From positions 755,933 to 819,932 of the forward strand of contig ML996692.1 of the NCBI GenBank assembly GCA_010356995.1: 64,000 bases of DNA, in the 5' to 3' direction. A program made the translations under genes and the position numbers. Position 1 is the stretch's first letter, and every line of letters starts with the position of its first letter. Of this stretch, positions 63,436 through 64,000 are shown in pieces. The notes below the pieces were generated by a model that did no database searches, had not been told where the DNA came from, and was given only the letters and a program-made list of their open reading frames with translations. This stretch comes from Trichodelitschia bisporula (lineage: Eukaryota).

Positions 63436-64000
63436 TGTCCCTTCGCGCCGAAATGGCACGAAAGGAGTGTATTTGCGGGTTGTGTGGTGTGCGTGTGTAG
63501 GTTGCGGCAGATGATGAACGCGGAGAGAAGATGGGACGGCGTTTGATTAGGAGGAAGAGGTAGGGAGGGAGGCGGAATGAAAGGGTGAAGGGAGTAACGA
63601 CGATTGCAGAGAAAGATCTGACAAAGCTGCTGGACAAGATGGTGATGGTGTCTATGGAGTTAGAAGAGGATGGAGGGTGGAGGTTCAACTGGAGAGCAGT
63701 TGACGGGGCTGGCGGGTTTGGGGGAAGGTGAGGCAGGAAGGGTGTTGGTGGAGGTTTGTGGTTGTGGTAGAGGTGGTGTGTGTGTGTGTGGTGCACTGAG
63801 CGCGCACTACTTTGGGGAGAGGGCAGAGAAAGTCTTGGCCTCCTCTACAGTTGCTGAACCGGTGTGGAGAGAGGCAGATAAAGTCGGAGGTGGGCAGGAA
63901 AATGATAGGAAAGATGAGGAGGGGGTAGGAGGAGAGAGAAAGGTGAGAGAGAAAGGTGAGAGGAGAGACGCGAGCGAAGAGTTGCTGGCGTTTCACACTT

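Overview
Gene-dense, intron-containing eukaryotic DNA from a filamentous ascomycete (GT..CTAAC..AG introns of ~45-60 nt, Pezizomycotina-type proteins); the species cannot be determined from the sequence. Genes in order: eIF5B (5' end outside the window), EXO70, septin CDC3, POM33/TMEM33, an intron-containing tRNA-Arg(ACG), a Pcl-type cyclin-fold protein, a Yip1-family protein, a Zn-dependent dehydrogenase, NADPH oxidase noxA head-to-head with its p22phox-like partner noxD/pro41, BAP31, DUS3, a cytochrome P450, SFP1, NUP85, a probably GPI-anchored S10 carboxypeptidase, a Ysc84/SYLF protein, an unknown TM/coiled-coil protein, mitochondrial ThrRS, a secreted degenerate GH18-like protein and a KIN4-like kinase. 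Main observations: (1) noxA and noxD are divergent and share one upstream region; (2) that region holds a 702-bp PIF/Harbinger-type MITE with 37-bp TIRs and a TAA target-site duplication; (3) the secreted chitinase-like protein lacks its catalytic motif and has an apparent frameshift; (4) the two unusually long introns (DUS3, CDC3) contain long stems supported by G-U pairs; (5) a possible unannotated transcript runs divergently from SFP1. Gene identities come from recognised motifs and remembered family features, not database searches. Exon boundaries were read by eye.
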